Shown one piece after another: positions 47,712 through 61,021 of a stretch of DNA of 64,000 nt (positions are counted from its first letter, which is position 1; every line of letters begins with the position of its first letter). The position numbers and the translations under genes are program-made. The stretch is from Balanoglossus misakiensis (Eukaryota; Animalia; Hemichordata): the NCBI GenBank assembly GCA_040954595.2, contig CM082598.2, positions 9,439,097-9,503,096 on the forward strand, in the 5' to 3' direction. Below the pieces are notes generated by a model. It ran no database searches, was not told the DNA's origin, and saw only the letters and a list, made by a program, of their open reading frames with translations.

Positions 47712-50700
47712 CTAGCTATTGTCATTGTCACTATGAATCAGAACAATTTCACTGATGGGTCGCTGGTACACTCGTCGAGATCCATCTCTGCATACCATCA
47801 CATCAGATCGTCGGACTCTGCCGTCACTGCTGGGGTACGTCTTCACGATGCAAGCAAGGGGCCAGTTGTTACGTGGGCATTCCTTGTCACGTAGCAGGAC
47901 AACATCTCCTTCCTGTAGGTCGGTAGTGGTTTTGTTCCACTTGCGTCTGAGCTGGCGGCTTTGCAGGTATTCTTTTCTCCATCTCACCCAGAATTGGTCG
48001 GCTAGGTACTGTACGCGTCGCCAGCGTCTTCTACTGTACAGGTCGTGTTTGTCAAACACACCTGGGGGTGGGGGTAGAGGTTGCATCTTCATGGTGAGCA
48101 ACATGTTCGGGTTGAGGGTCGTTAACATCTGGAGAAAGTGGTGTGATAGGTCTAGCATTGACTATCGCACAGACTTCCGCCATCAGTGTGGTCAGCAGAT
48201 CATGGGTAAACTGGGGTTTGCCAAGTTGGATGTACATGGAGTTGAGGACTTTCCGAACTGTACCAATCTGTCTCTCCCAGATACCGCCGAAATGCGATGC
48301 ATGAGGGGGGTTGAAGATCCATTCGCATTTGTTCTCTGCTAAGTACTTCTCTATGTGATCTTGGTTGAGTTCTTTCATGGCTTCACTTAGCTCGTTCTTT
48401 GCGCCGATAAAGTTGGTGCCCTGGTCACACCTGAGTTTCTTCACTGGGCCTCGGATGGCTGTGAAGCGGCGGAGGGCGTTGATGAAGGCTGAAGTGTCCA
48501 TCGAATCGATGACTTCAATGTGTATTGCAGTGGTGTACAGGCAGACGAAGATGACTGCCCATCGTTTGGAGGTCGATATACCACCTCAGGTTTTACGTGC
48601 TGATACGTTCCAGGGGCCGAATACGTCCATTCCAACATTGGTGAACGGTGGGGTGTTTTCCATCCTATCTGCAGGAAGGTCTGCCATGGCTTGGGTCAGC
48701 GGTTTTGCTCTGAGTCTTCTGCACACTGTGCACTGGTGTAGTACGCTTCTGACGAGGTTGTGTAACCCTAGGATCCAATAGCCGTTTGCTCGGATGGTGG
48801 CAAGGGTCAATTGGCGGCCTTGGTGGTGAGTTTCCCGGTGGAAATGTTCTACCACGAGTCTTGAGACATGACTGTCTTTCGGTAGTAGTATTGGGTGGCG
48901 TCCACTGAGGTCCAGATCAGCTTGTCGAAGTCTGCCTCCAACTCTGATCAGTCCTTTGTCGTCTATGAACGGGTTCAATCCATACAGTGGACTTCGTCTG
49001 GGTAGGTCCATGACGTAGGTGTCTCTTCTGTGGGCAGCGGACAGGCTTTTCAGCTTTTCCGGGAAGTGTTTCTTCTGAACTTCCTTCAGTATTATGATCT
49101 CTGCTGCGGTGTGTGTATCAGTCGCGTGTTGGTAAGGGGACAGTTCATCCTCCCTTCCTTTGTTTCGGTTCTTCATCTGGAGCCGTAGTCTGGTTACTAT
49201 GGTGGCTATTGCTCTCTTCAAAGATGACCAGGTGGAGAATCGTCTAAATCTCTCGGTCTTCAAGTCGTTGGATGAGGTGGCACTGGTGGCCATGACACGT
49301 GGCTGTGTGCGCACTTCAGGGTCGTCTGTACTGAGCTCGTACTCTTGTGGGTCCTTGTTGAGTGTTGTGTCGCTTTCACTGTTATAGTCTGGTTGCCATA
49401 GAAATGCAGGTCCTGGTAGCCAGGTAGTTGTGTTCAGTTGCTGGGCTGGAACTGTACGAGATGCCAGGTCAGCTGGGTTGTCGCCAGTGGGGACATGGCG
49501 CCATTGGTTTGGTGAAGATACGCTGTGGATCTTCTGGACTCTGTTTGCTACATATACGTGGAAGCGTTTCGATTCGTTGTTGATGTATCCTAGGACAATG
49601 GTACTGTCTGTGTGGTATGTCACACTGTCGACCAGGGTCTTCATCTCTGTTTTGATTTTCTGGGCCATTTCAGCTGCGAGGACAGCAGCGCATAGTTCCA
49701 GACGTGGTATGGATACCGCTTGTTTTGGGTTCACTTTTGCTTTGCCCATGACGAATGCAACATTGACGTTACCTTTGCGATCGATGAGTCGCAGGTAGGC
49801 AACTGCGCCAATGGCCAGGTCGCTAGCGTCTGAGAATATGTGGTATTCACGTCTTGCTATGGGGCCAAAGTTTGGAGGAATATAACATCGCTGTAGGTGG
49901 ACATCTCTGACATGGAGTAGACTATCACACCAGCGTTTCCATCTTCGCAGGTGGTCTTCGGGCAGTATATCGTCCCAGCCTGCTTTGTTTTCTTTGTTTG
50001 CATACAGTGTTGTGAGACTTCTCATGATGAGTTTGCCTTCTATGGAGACAGGTGCCAGTATGCCAATGGGGTCGTAAATGGAATTTACAATGGCTAGTAC
50101 TCCCCGCCGTGAGAACGGTTTCTCTTTCAGGTCCACATCGAATGTGAAAGTGTCTGTCTCTAGGGACCACTGTACTCCTAGTGATCTCTGCTCTGGTAGT
50201 TCATCTTGGCCGAAATCTAGCTGTTGCAGATCCTTGGCGTGTATGTCATCTGGTATGGTGTCCATAACTTCTCGGTTGTTGGAGACAATCTTGTGGAAGT
50301 TGACATTTTTTGTAGCGAGCATATCTCTCGTTCTTTCGATGAGGCTAATGGCTGTAGCTGCATCTGGCTTTGAAGTGAGTCCGTCATCGATGTAGAAGTT
50401 TCTGTGGATAAACTCCTTCACATCTTCACCATGCGTGGCTAGGCAGTCGTCAGCTATCTTCCTTAGACCGAAGGTGGCCACTGCTGGCGAGGATACGTTG
50501 CCAAACAGATGGACATTCATGTGGTACTGGATAACAGGTTTCTTGGGGTCATTGTCTTGAAACCAGAAGAAACGGAGGTAGTCTCTGTGTTCTTCATTGA
50601 CGTGGAAACTGTGGAACATCTGTTCTATATCACCCATCACTGCGACGGATTCGTGCCGAAATCGTAGCAGGATGCCAAGGAGACTGTTCATCTGGTCGGG

Positions 50701-53700
50701 TCCTTGTAGTAGCACATCGTTCAGTGATACGCCGTTGTACTTTGCACTGGAATCAAATACTACTCTGATCTGTAGTTTCTTCGGGTGGTAAACGCCAAAG
50801 TGTGGCAGGTACCATGCCTTGTCAGCGTCGATCTCTGATGTGGGGACTGGACTGGCGTGCCCACGTTGGATGATCTTTTCCATGAATTCTAGGTATTGTT
50901 CCATCATCTCTGGCTTTCGTTCCAGTAGTTTCGCTAGATTGTTGAAACGGTTCATTGCCTGTAGCCGGTTATTGGGCAGGTGTGCTGGATCTTGCCTGAA
51001 TGGCAGGGGAAGTTCGAGGTTTCCCTTCGCGTTGGTGTGAGCCGCTTGTTGCAGGATACTCACAAAGCGTCTGTCTTCTATGGATGGGGCCTTTTTGTCA
51101 TCTTCTGGCGTTTCTATGAAGATGTCACTGCCAAAGTCACTGGGTTTCGGTATTATGGGTTCCTTCACGTAGATGTGACGATCACATTTCAGTCTTTCCT
51201 CTATTGGTTGGGTAACCTGTGGCGTGGCGAAGTCAGTTGCCACTGTTCTATGTACTGATGCGCGAGTGGTGCCTCTCGCTGTCTCTAGACACAGTTCACC
51301 TGAAACTGTCCACCCGAGGTCGGTGCGTTGAGCCCATGGTGAGTTTGCAGGTCAGTTTCTAGTTTCTCTGATTTTCAGTGGTTCTGGGCAGTTTCTGCCA
51401 ATCAGGAGGTGTATTCCGACATCGCGTCTCAGATGTGGAATCTTCTCGGCAATCGGTTGCAAGTGTTTGAAAGCCTCACAGATTTCTGGTGTGGGTATAT
51501 CATTCATGTCGCTGGGTATGTCATCGTTCTCCAGCAGGACCGGTAAGGGGAATCTCTTCTTACCGTCGAGTGATTCTATGATGAGGTCGGGGCCTCGTCT
51601 GCCTTTTTTCATTTCTCCATGTGAGCTGCATGTCGAGAGCTCGTATTCAAGTTCAGGGCCTTGGATATTCAATGCGTTGAAGAACTTGGTGTCTCCCAGA
51701 CAGACGTTCGACTGGTCGTCTAACACGGCATATGTTTCTACAAAGTCTGTTGGGTTGTCACGCTTGTACACCTTCACCAGGACGATCTTGCCGCAGGAGC
51801 GTCCACCTGGACATTTCTTCCACTTGGTGCACTTTGTGGTGACTGTTTCCCTGTCAACATCTTCGTCTTCATGTCGACTGGTGACAACGCTGGGTTGTTT
51901 CATCATTTCAGTGGGTTGGCGGTGAAGACAGGTCACGTGTTTCTTGCTTTTGCAGGTGTCGCATTCCATTTTAGTGGTGCAGTCTTTTGCCAGGTGCCTT
52001 TGTGTGCATTTGAAGCACAGTCCTTTTTTCTTACACAGTTCAGTCTTTTCATCTGAAGTTTTCCTCATGAACACTTTACATTCCGTGAGGTTGTGTCCAG
52101 GAGCATCGTGGAAGTGGCAGTGTTTTCCGTCACCGGATGATGTCCTTGTCACGTGGACACGAGCGGTTGGTCTCGGTGGTTGACTGGATTTGGTTCTTTC
52201 AGCGAATGATGAACCCCCTAGTTTGGGATGTTGGGATCATTTTGTGCTCTGGATACAGCTTCCAGGAATTGTGTGAAATGGCTGAATGGTAGAAACTTCT
52301 TTTCGGCTTGTTTGTAAGCGGATACTTTCTCTCTCCATTTGTTGAAGATGAAAGCAGGCAGCTTTTCTATCACCGGGTTCAGTCCGTGGGGTGTGTTGAA
52401 TGTACACAAGTCAGGAGGTTCATTCATGTGGGCTAGTGTGTCGCTACACAGATCAGCCAGTTCGCGTAGTTTCAGGCCGTCGTCCGGTCGAAACTTTGGG
52501 AAAGCGGTCAGCTTCCTAATGAGGACAGCGGTGATCACTGCTTTGTTTCCAAATCTCTCTTCTAATTCTTTCCACGCACCGTTGTAGGCTGTTTCTACAT
52601 TTTGTACATATCGCAGTCTGAATCTATCAACCACTGTCTTTGGTTCGCCTTTGGTGTATTTACTCAGAAATGACAGTTTCTCCGATGTAGGTACACAAGC
52701 TGTCTGTACCATCGAATCAAATGTTCTTTTCCATGGCAGAAACATGATGGGGTCACCACCATACACTTCCGGTTCCTGTAGTGGCAAGCGTTGACGGGCT
52801 AAAAGTCTGATAAACTCACTCGGAGGGGACTCAGCTGCATATCTCGGTTCATAATTGTCATGTGGCGGTGTATGGACGTCCGTCTGTCTGTGCTGTGTGG
52901 ATACTGGGGAATCCACATTCGGGTGGGGTTGTGTCTGGTTCTGTCCAGAGAGGGCGCTGTAGCGTAGGGCGTGGCCATTTGAAGTTTGCTGTGGTGTGAT
53001 GGGTGGCGCTTGTATGGCTTCCTCACACAGTATCTGTTCATAAATTTCTGCTGTTGCCTTCGCTACTGCGGCTCTTTTCTCAGCTTGCAAGATTTGGAGG
53101 TCAGCGCTGCACTCAGCTTCCCTCAGTTCATTTTCACGCTGTCTGTCATTTTCAGCTCGTTGTCTGACAGCTGTGGATGTCAGCTCTGACGTTTTCCTAG
53201 CAATCATTCTTTCAAACTCTGCCTCTTTGGCTGCTGCGGCCGCTGCTGCTAATGCCTGGGCTCGTATGAGACTTGCCTTTGAAGACGTGATCGATAATTG
53301 TGTGCCCGCAATGGAAACTGCTTTCTCAGGGGCTGGGCTGCTGTGATGAGCCAGTTGTGTTTTTCTGATTGATATATCTCTCAGCTCACTATTTATCATG
53401 TCCATATTTCTGTTGTATTCAGATGTGTAGTGTTGTTTGTACTCACTGGCTTCATTGTTTTTGTCTTGTTCATAAAGTTCACGTAGTTTCTGCCATGTGG
53501 CATCATATTCATGTGCAAGTGTCTTTAACTTCAAAAATGAGTTCATCGCTGGGATTGCTGTTTTCTCTCAGTTTCAGTATTGTTTATTTTGTTCTGCTCC
53601 ATATTATCGACATATCTTTCTCAGATGACGATACAGAGTTCTGTAATGCTTGTATGTAGGCATTCTTCTCCGTTGAGGGCGCCCTTCCAATGCGTCCTCT

Positions 53701-53867
53701 GGATTGGGGTGTGACCCACCTTGTGTTGTTTGTTCAACTTCCTGTGTCGGTTTGACGTTTTCTGGACGTTGTGTTTGTCCTTCTTCAACTCTGTCTAGTT
53801 CGTCTCTGTTTGTGGAGGTTTCTTCGACGTCCGGTGGTGCTTCACCGTTGTCAGTACATGTACTCAT
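47712..53867 (-). pseudogene. BEL/Pao gag-pol in six fragments (gag, Cys-His knuckles, protease, RT, RNase H, integrase, C-terminal domain)
   Basis: VLDDQSN, WYLPHFGVYHPKK, RVVFD, GDIEQMF, FYIDDGL, FSDAS, SIPRLELCAA, GMDVFGP, CDQGTNF, GGIWERQI, RRWRRVQYLADQFW; in-frame TGA at 51352-51354 and several frameshifts. Confidence 0.93.
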
Positions 53868-56096
53868 CTTGTATTTCTATGTTTCTGTGTTTCTTTTCGC
53901 TGCCTCCGGCTCACGGACGCAGGTTTCTAACTTCCTGTTTTCCGATTTTCACTGCTCCTCGACGGACCATAGATTTTCACTGTCGCGGGGTTGGGGGTTC
54001 CCGCTAAGTGTCAACCACGCTTACAAAGGACAAAACAGCCTTCCGTTGCTTTGTTTAGACCGATTTATTCACGATGTAAGAGCGCGGTGAAAATCTGTGG
54101 GGTCGAGTCGCTGTCTTTTCTAAGTTGCACGGCGTGGCCGTCTCGTCTATCTAAGAACGCATGCGCATCCCAATGCCTCATGGGTAATCAAATCCCCAAA
54201 AAACTATGACGAAATAGGGGGCGTTACTGAAAGCCTATATAAGGGGAAACGGGCGCGATACAACCGGTGTCTTGTATCAAATATAATTAATGGAAAAAGG
54301 GCAGCAAGAGAGAGACTTTGTCCCTTTAAGGGTGGTTTCTATATGTAGGTAAATGTTACCAGGGTTCCCTAGATCTTTACAAGGGTTTTCTCATTAAATA
54401 TCAATGCATTTATATGAATGTTCCTCAATACAAATGTTCCATAACCTCAGCAGAGACACTGCTCACTGTCCACTAATTTATAAGTAAGAATAATAGAATC
54501 TCACACTCCCAAGGACATGGGATCATATTTCTCACACGAGTGGGGGAATATCCCCGACGAGTGTGAGATATATGATCCCAGGTCCTTGGTGTGTGAGATT
54601 ATATTTATCACACGGCCACAAATTAGCCAAATTCGTTAAAAAACATTGAATAAATGACTCTGGAACTGTTGTCTGGGCACGTTGTAGTCTCTGTCCCTAT
54701 AATACATATCGTGCCATTGGATAACATTTATCGCGCATTAGCAATAGAACGCTATGTCAACCAATCAGCGCTCGCGTCATATACAGCTTTTGATTCAGTG
54801 AGAGTGTGGGATCGATTTGTTCTCACACTCTGTTCTCACACTCCCTGCGTGCCAGGAGGGTGAGAATGCACAGTGTTCTGCGCAGTGTGTCAAAAGTTTA
54901 ATTTTATTTCCGGTGTTTCCAAATCAAAGTTGGAGTGTAGTGCTGCAATCTGGTAATTTTTGTACACACAATGTATTGATTATATTTGCGCCATAAATTT
55001 TTGTGTGTTTGCAATAATAGTGGTTGCTATAGCAACCAAACTCTTTTGCAGTCCATCTTGGGCTGTTGGAGACGCCCAAAAGCGATCTTTAATTTCCTCT
55101 GTCTCAACAATTTTCACGGTGACCCACCCCAATTTTTTTGCCATTAAGTGATTTGATGTATTCCAAACAAATTATCTATCAAGTTTAAAATAAGTATAAT
55201 TCTGGAACAGTGGAAGTGATAGAACATAATATCAAAGTGGATATTTTTAGGCATTTCAGTTGTTAATTTTTCAGTGGAATTTGGAAATTATATGCAATTA
55301 TCATACTAAACAAGAAAATCTTGCAATTGTTAAAAATAAAATGTTTGTGTTTTGATTCTAATAATGATGAAAAAATATGACGACCCTCCAAAAAAATACT
55401 TAATATTTAAAATACTATGCCGCTTCACAATGATCAACGAGAACTGGCAATAGCTTAGATAGGTGCTCGATTTTCAAAAAAAATAGCCGGTTGCCCCCCC
55501 CCCCTCCCAATTTTTGTTCCACAGATTAAATGTTTAGGAGTCATAGCATCCTCAGTATTAATTTCAACATGATCAGAGGACCTTTTATCTCAAGGTGCAT
55601 TCTACCTTAACCCTTTCACCTCCATGGTTCAATCTAAACCCACTGCTTTCTATGATAAAGTTGGACCTTTAAAGATGGAACTGGGGGTAAAAGGCTCGGG
55701 TTAAAGGCTGAAAGCTGCTGCCCTATAGATGACACACTGCAACTCCATCTGGACAAGACTACTGTCTTTAACCAACAATCCTCGACAAAGGCAGGTTTTG
55801 CAAGATTTGGGTACAATTCATGACCTACAGAACGAGCCTCTAGGCAAGTGCTATTCGTCATGAACTGGAGCGAACTGTACCCAAATTGAGTGTATGCCTG
55901 ACTTTGGCTGTAGTTTATTGCTATTATATTATATCAAACAGAGATTTTGTGTCATATGAGTGTTATTTTTAACAAAACAGTGGCAGAAAAAAAAGTTACG
56001 AATTGAACCAATTTGCATTGATGAATGTAAAGTCAGAGTACATTATGTATTCTTTTAAATTATTTACAATATACGCCAATTTTTTTCAACCAACAG

Positions 56097-56178
56097 GCCA
56101 TTTTCTCTGGATCATTTTGATGATTATGGAAAACATTTTACAGTGATGAATTATGCAGACATCAAAAAGTTACACAAG
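56097..56178 (+). CDS. TTLL12: TTLL12 exon (PFSLDHFDDYGKHFTVMNYADIKKLHK)
   Basis: aacag acceptor, gtgggt donor; HFTVMNY motif. Confidence 0.9.
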
Positions 56179-56565
56179 GTGGGTGATGTTGTGATTACTA
56201 TCATTTAACGGGTGTGGCACCCATTTAATGTATCACTTATTCAAATTGCAACAATATAAATTGAGCGTCAATGCAGTGTTCGTGTATGCTTATGAGTAAG
56301 CTAAATTTATAGAGAGACTATCTAAGTTTTGGATAGTAAAATCATGAAAATAATCCAAAAATGGCATCCCTTTGGGCTTTAAGTATGACTCAAAAGCTGT
56401 CTGTCAATGTCTGAAATAAGATTTGAACTATTAAACCACACAAAACTCAATCAAACTTTGGTGTCAGGGAGGCTTTATTAAACTACAGCATCTTAACACT
56501 AACTATAAAACTACATCTACTGCCCCCATACTAAATGTATGCAAAAAGCAAAAGACAAGCAAATA

Positions 56566-59500
56566 ATTGTTATAATTATTTATTTCAGTATCTTAGGCCA
56601 CCGGCCTTCATACAATAATTAAACTGATAAATATACAGACATGCAGTGGGGCTTACATTGACATAATAGATACAATGCCATCAAAACAGAAATAGACGTG
56701 TATGCGATCAAGTGTCCTGCAATAAATTATCTCAGTCTTAACTTAAAACTATAATAAATAAACTTTGCCAGATTTACTAAGGTGTGGGGGTTTTGAGAGT
56801 TTAACAGGCTAGAGTATTTCTTCAATGAGGGTTGCTGATAGTGGAATGGTGAAAGAAAACGTGTTTTTAATTCCTTGTAGATGGGACAAATAAGACAAAA
56901 GTGAAATTCCGTTTCAACTTGCTGTAAAGTACAAAACTGACAAATTCTGTTTTCTCTTGTTAACCCTTCAAAACGACCACTCTCTATTACAAGTTTGTGG
57001 TTTGAAATTCTAAATTTACAAAGGGTGACTCTAAATAGCTCAATATTTACACAATTCAAATATTTTTCAAAAGACAAATTATTTTTAAATAAACGATAAG
57101 AATCCATCTTAGTGGAATTGACCAATTCACTGTGCCATACCTGCTGACCAATATCCAGGCATCTTTGTTTAAAATTGGAAAGAAAAAGACACTCGTATCC
57201 CACAGCCTGTGACTCCCAGGCAATACCAAAACCAAAATAAAATAAAAGGTCTTTGACCTTTTTGGCCCAACAATTATAACCTTTGTCTGCCATTTCACGT
57301 TGGTAATCATAACATTGCTTAGTATATCTATAATTGTCGCTATGAATTAATTTTACCCAGTATTTAATAATGCGTGGTAGAAGAAGCGTTTTCAAAGATT
57401 GTCTGCCAAGTTCTCCCAAGACAGCTAAATTGGTTGACCTTGAACTAACCTTGAGTATATATTTACAGAAATCTATTTGAATTTTTTCAACATCCTTACC
57501 CTCATGAAAACCCCATACTTCACTACCGTACAAAAGTATTGGAAGAATTTTGCAGTCGAAAATTCGTAGAGCTAGCTCTATGTCTATGTTTTTAAACTGA
57601 CTCAGATATCTTTTAATATTGTACATAACTGTTTTCCCTTGTTTAGCAAGGATTTCTTGAGCCTTTGTCCAGATTCCTGAACAAGACAAGGTCAGACCGA
57701 GGTAGTTAAAATACGGTACTGTCTGAACCTGGACCCCATTCAATGCCCATCTCTCGTAATTTTTCAACCTTCCCCCACTCCTGAAGACAACAATTTTTGT
57801 CTTGGACCCATTAACTTTTAGTTTCCATCTGTTACAATAAATACACAATTTGTTAAGCTGTCTTTGTAGTCCAATTACTGATCAGAATTACTTACAATTG
57901 TTAAATCGTCAGCAAAGCAAAGATACAAGAGCTTCAAAATTCCTACATATACACCATTAAACATACCATTTTTGAGGGTTTCGCCAAGATCATCGATGAA
58001 AAGATTAAATAATAATGGGGACAAAACAGATCCTTGTTGCACACCATAAGTACACTGGAAAAAGTTTGAAATCCCGTGCGGTGTTCATACACATGATTTC
58101 ACCGATTTGTACATAGATTTTAACACTATAAGCATTTTACTCTTCATTTCACGTTTCAGTAATTTATAAAACAAGGCATTGTGATCAATTCTATCGAAAG
58201 CTTTCTCGAAATCAATGAATGCACCATAAAAACGTGATTTGTGTTTGGATAAGTATTTCCATATTGTAGTGTCCAAAATAAAAATACAGTAAAACCTGAC
58301 AAAACCGACCCCTGGGTAAACCGACTTCCTGTGAAAATCGACCGATCCGTTTAGTCCCGAAAATTTCCCATTGACGCCAATGGTTAAAGTCACTCTGAAT
58401 ACCGACCACTGTCTACTTCGAACACCGACCGCGTTGGTCGGTCCATGGTCGGTCCCACCCCTCAAATTCAACCGGAATAGACCGACCGATCACTTTATTG
58501 TAAAGGTTGAAATCATGTCTTTGATCAAAAATTACCGCAACGATGTGCTAATTTTGGTTTTCCTGTCTTCCAAACAATAGTCAAATCAACGGTTTGTCAA
58601 CACTTCGTTAGCAATTTACTGATAAGCCTTCCCCGTGGCGAGGTGTGAATCTCTTTTTGTAAACAATACAGTGTACAACCAACATTCTGCCGATGCGATC
58701 GTAACAATACCGTGTACGTCTTCCTGTTTACCCACTCAGCACGCGAACGAACTTGAATTTACTTTTTTTATTTTCAACAATTTTCAGAAATTACACTGTA
58801 CAGAAGTTTTTTAATTACCTTTTATTTGAAATATACATGAATGTACAACGTGTACATATCGTGCGTGTGTCTGCTGTGCACTGTGTGTATGAGATCGGGG
58901 TCAAAGGGTTCATGGGGAGGAGGAAGCCACGCCCACTCTGAGTAAACCGACCCACTGTGAAAACCGACCAGAATGTGTGGTCCGAGGTGAGGTCGGTTTT
59001 GCCAGGTTTCACTGTATTGTCAATTGTGCTGCGGTTCTTCCTAAAACCAGCCTGAGCTTCAGTAATTGGCGAATTAAGTTCAACAAAGTCATTGAAACGC
59101 TTGAACATCACATTGCAAAAAATCTTACCAATAATAGGAAGAAGAGTTATTCCCCTATACTTACACACAGAGTCATGTACCCCTTTCTTAAAAAGAGGGA
59201 TAATCATACCTTTAACCCACTCTTCTGGGAAAATACCTGAATTGAGAACACTATTGAAAAAGTTATACAAAATTAATCTAAATTCTTGGCATGAATACTT
59301 AAAGAAATCCGCAGGAATGCCATCAACGCCTGCAGCTTTACCCAATTTCAGGTTATTAATTGCACAATCTATTTCTTCAAGGGATATTTCACTATCCAGA
59401 ACACTGATATCAACGTCTGTGCCTACATCCGTATATACAGAATCATGAAATGAAAACGAATTGTTTACAAACTCGTCGACTTCCACATAAAAATCTTGGA

Positions 59501-59682
59501 AGTCGTCGTGTAAATTGCCAGGAGTATTAAATAAAACAGAAAAGTAATCAACCCATTCCTTAGCAGTAATTGAATCAGGGGGACCCGGGGTATAAGGTCT
59601 CAACATGGACCAAAAACGCTTAGAATTCGGGTCCTTGGCGGCTTCGGCAAAATGACGTTGTTCCAATATATCATAGTATATC
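56566..59682 (-). mobile_element. 5'-truncated LINE (RTE/RTEX-like ORF2), disrupted
   Basis: KAAGVDG, YRGITLL, QAGFR, FIDFEKAFD, GVQQGSVLSP, FADD and C-terminal RICQFC..EFHFCLICP; AT-rich tail; 11-bp TSD acaagcaaata (56555-56565 and 59683-59693). Clade uncertain. Confidence 0.88.
58287..59014. mobile_element. pogo/Tigger-like MITE inserted in the LINE RT region
   Basis: ta|cagtaaaacctgacaaaaccgacc ... ggtcggttttgccaggtttcactg|ta; the LINE peptide STIDN|IFIL rejoins across it. Confidence 0.88.
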
Positions 59683-60043
59683 ACAAGCAAATACAAACAT
59701 GTCATGAAAGATGACGTTTTACAAAGTTAAGCTACTACAAGGCAGAGGGATGGGAGGGTGGGTGAAAAGCAAAACGCTATGACAATGTGAAAGCAGCGTG
59801 TACAAGCAGTGCCGCCTGTAAAAGTACTGAGCCAAGAGGCGGACAGTGGCCTTCCCTGATTGGCTGAAAGTTGGTCATGTGATGGTCACGGAGCTTGCGT
59901 GATTTAAACACCGCTCAAAGAGCTAGTACTTAAACCACACAAAACTCAATCAAACTTTGGTGTCAGGGAGGCTTTATTAAACTACAGCATCTTAACACTA
60001 ACTATAAAACTACATCTACTGCCCCAAACTCCAAATAGATTTA

Positions 60044-61021
60044 CTAGAAAGTAGAACATCCAGTAGAGGGTAAACATTTAGCAAACACGTGTAAAGAGTT
60101 AACCTTGAAAGTCAATGGCAAGGTCAAATATTGCAAATAAGCATCACTTTTCCAATCACCCATGATTTTGATAACATCACTGGGAATACCACACTGCAGT
60201 GCCCAGGAAGCACCCCCTCTACGTAGGCTGTGGGCTGAATAAAGGTGTGGCTGCACACCTGACTTGCTTATTAAGTGAAGGCGGAGCTTAGAGCTAAATT
60301 TCCCTGGTAACAAAGGGTGGAAAGAACCATCTTTCTCAGGTAATACAAATGCTGGGCCATCTTTGGGTTCTGCAAGGGAATAGGAAAATGCACGCAGCAC
60401 AGCTGTGACAGGGCACAGCGGATGTTTAGGGATAGCAGGAAGAGGGACTAACAACTTCCTATCACGAGTCTGGATAGTCTTGGTCCAATGCAAGGTGATT
60501 GAGAGCCCCCAGTTGTGAACCACAAAAGAACTGCGGGAGAGATGTTTGGCGCTATCAAAACCCTTGACAGAGGGGGCTAAAAAGTTTGAACATCTAAGGA
60601 GCCCAAAAAACCATACCAAGCAGGCTGCCCAGAACACTGAATCAAACACGCTACTGAAATCTAACTGCCGATAAACTGCAAGAAGTAAGTGTGGTGTGAT
60701 GGGTAGCTTCCTGGTAACTGCCGTTCCCTTCTCCCTGGCGATTCCCTTTAAAACTAGTGACAAAAACCACTTGTCTTGCAATGGGTTGGTAAACCCATAC
60801 TCTAAATGCAAAATGCAAACAATGTTCAAATACTGTCTAACAGATGAAAACTTGAGTCTACGAGCGAGAAATGCAGCATATCTGCAAACCATTTCTGCAG
60901 AGGCTGGAACAGTTGGGTAACCCATTAAAATACAAAATTCTAAATAAGACTTCCAGTGGGTACTGTATGTACACTTTGTATTGGTGGCAAATGCACTGGA
61001 TCTGTATCTGGCAACTTCCAA
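60044..61021 (-). CDS. Tyrosine recombinase of the DIRS-order element
   Basis: LLRCSN (R), WTKT (K), HSLRRG (HxxR), GDWKS (W), AYLQY (Y); 325-aa open frame, true start codon uncertain. Confidence 0.9.
   Translation of the reverse strand: MEVARYRSSAFATNTKCTYSTHWKSYLEFCILMGYPTVPASAEMVCRYAAFLARRLKFSSVRQYLNIVCILHLEYGFTNPLQDKWFLSLVLKGIAREKGTAVTRKLPITPHLLLAVYRQLDFSSVFDSVFWAACLVWFFGLLRCSNFLAPSVKGFDSAKHLSRSSFVVHNWGLSITLHWTKTIQTRDRKLLVPLPAIPKHPLCPVTAVLRAFSYSLAEPKDGPAFVLPEKDGSFHPLLPGKFSSKLRLHLISKSGVQPHLYSAHSLRRGGASWALQCGIPSDVIKIMGDWKSDAYLQYLTLPLTFKVNSLHVFAKCLPSTGCSTF

Larger units (their letters stand above)
47064..54262 (-). mobile_element. BEL/Pao LTR retrotransposon, full length, ORF disrupted
   Basis: TG...CA LTRs at 53981-54262 (5', 282 bp) and 47064-47566 (3', 503 bp); 5-bp TSD ACCGG; PPT-like AGACGGGGAG next to the 3' LTR. 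Confidence 0.95.
46776..54325. mobile_element. Family A MITE split by the BEL/Pao insertion (46776-47063 plus 54263-54325)
   Basis: agggacaaagtctc at the left end and gagactttgtccct|ttaa at the right; the halves rejoin across ACCGG. Confidence 0.75.
6766..56178 (+). other. TTLL12: Host gene span (partial): tubulin tyrosine ligase-like 12 homologue, 9 internal exons
   Basis: Nine GT-AG exons total 1437 nt (479 codons) with compatible phases. The peptide follows remembered human TTLL12 motifs in order: IFLIDHAWT, WYIMDEFGS, EEVTRD, NQFPCE, GEDNxWICK, HFTVMNY. Confidence 0.93.

Noticed and set aside
47755-53659. Many plus-strand ORFs overlapping the BEL pol (and similar ones over the piggyBac and Gypsy ORFs)
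   Set aside because: Antisense shadows of coding sequence with no motifs of their own.
56431-60025. 96-bp direct repeats read as LTRs of the enclosed RT element
   Set aside because: The enclosed RT is LINE-type with its own 11-bp TSD; there is no TG...CA, PBS or PPT; the repeats fit the DIRS-order element.
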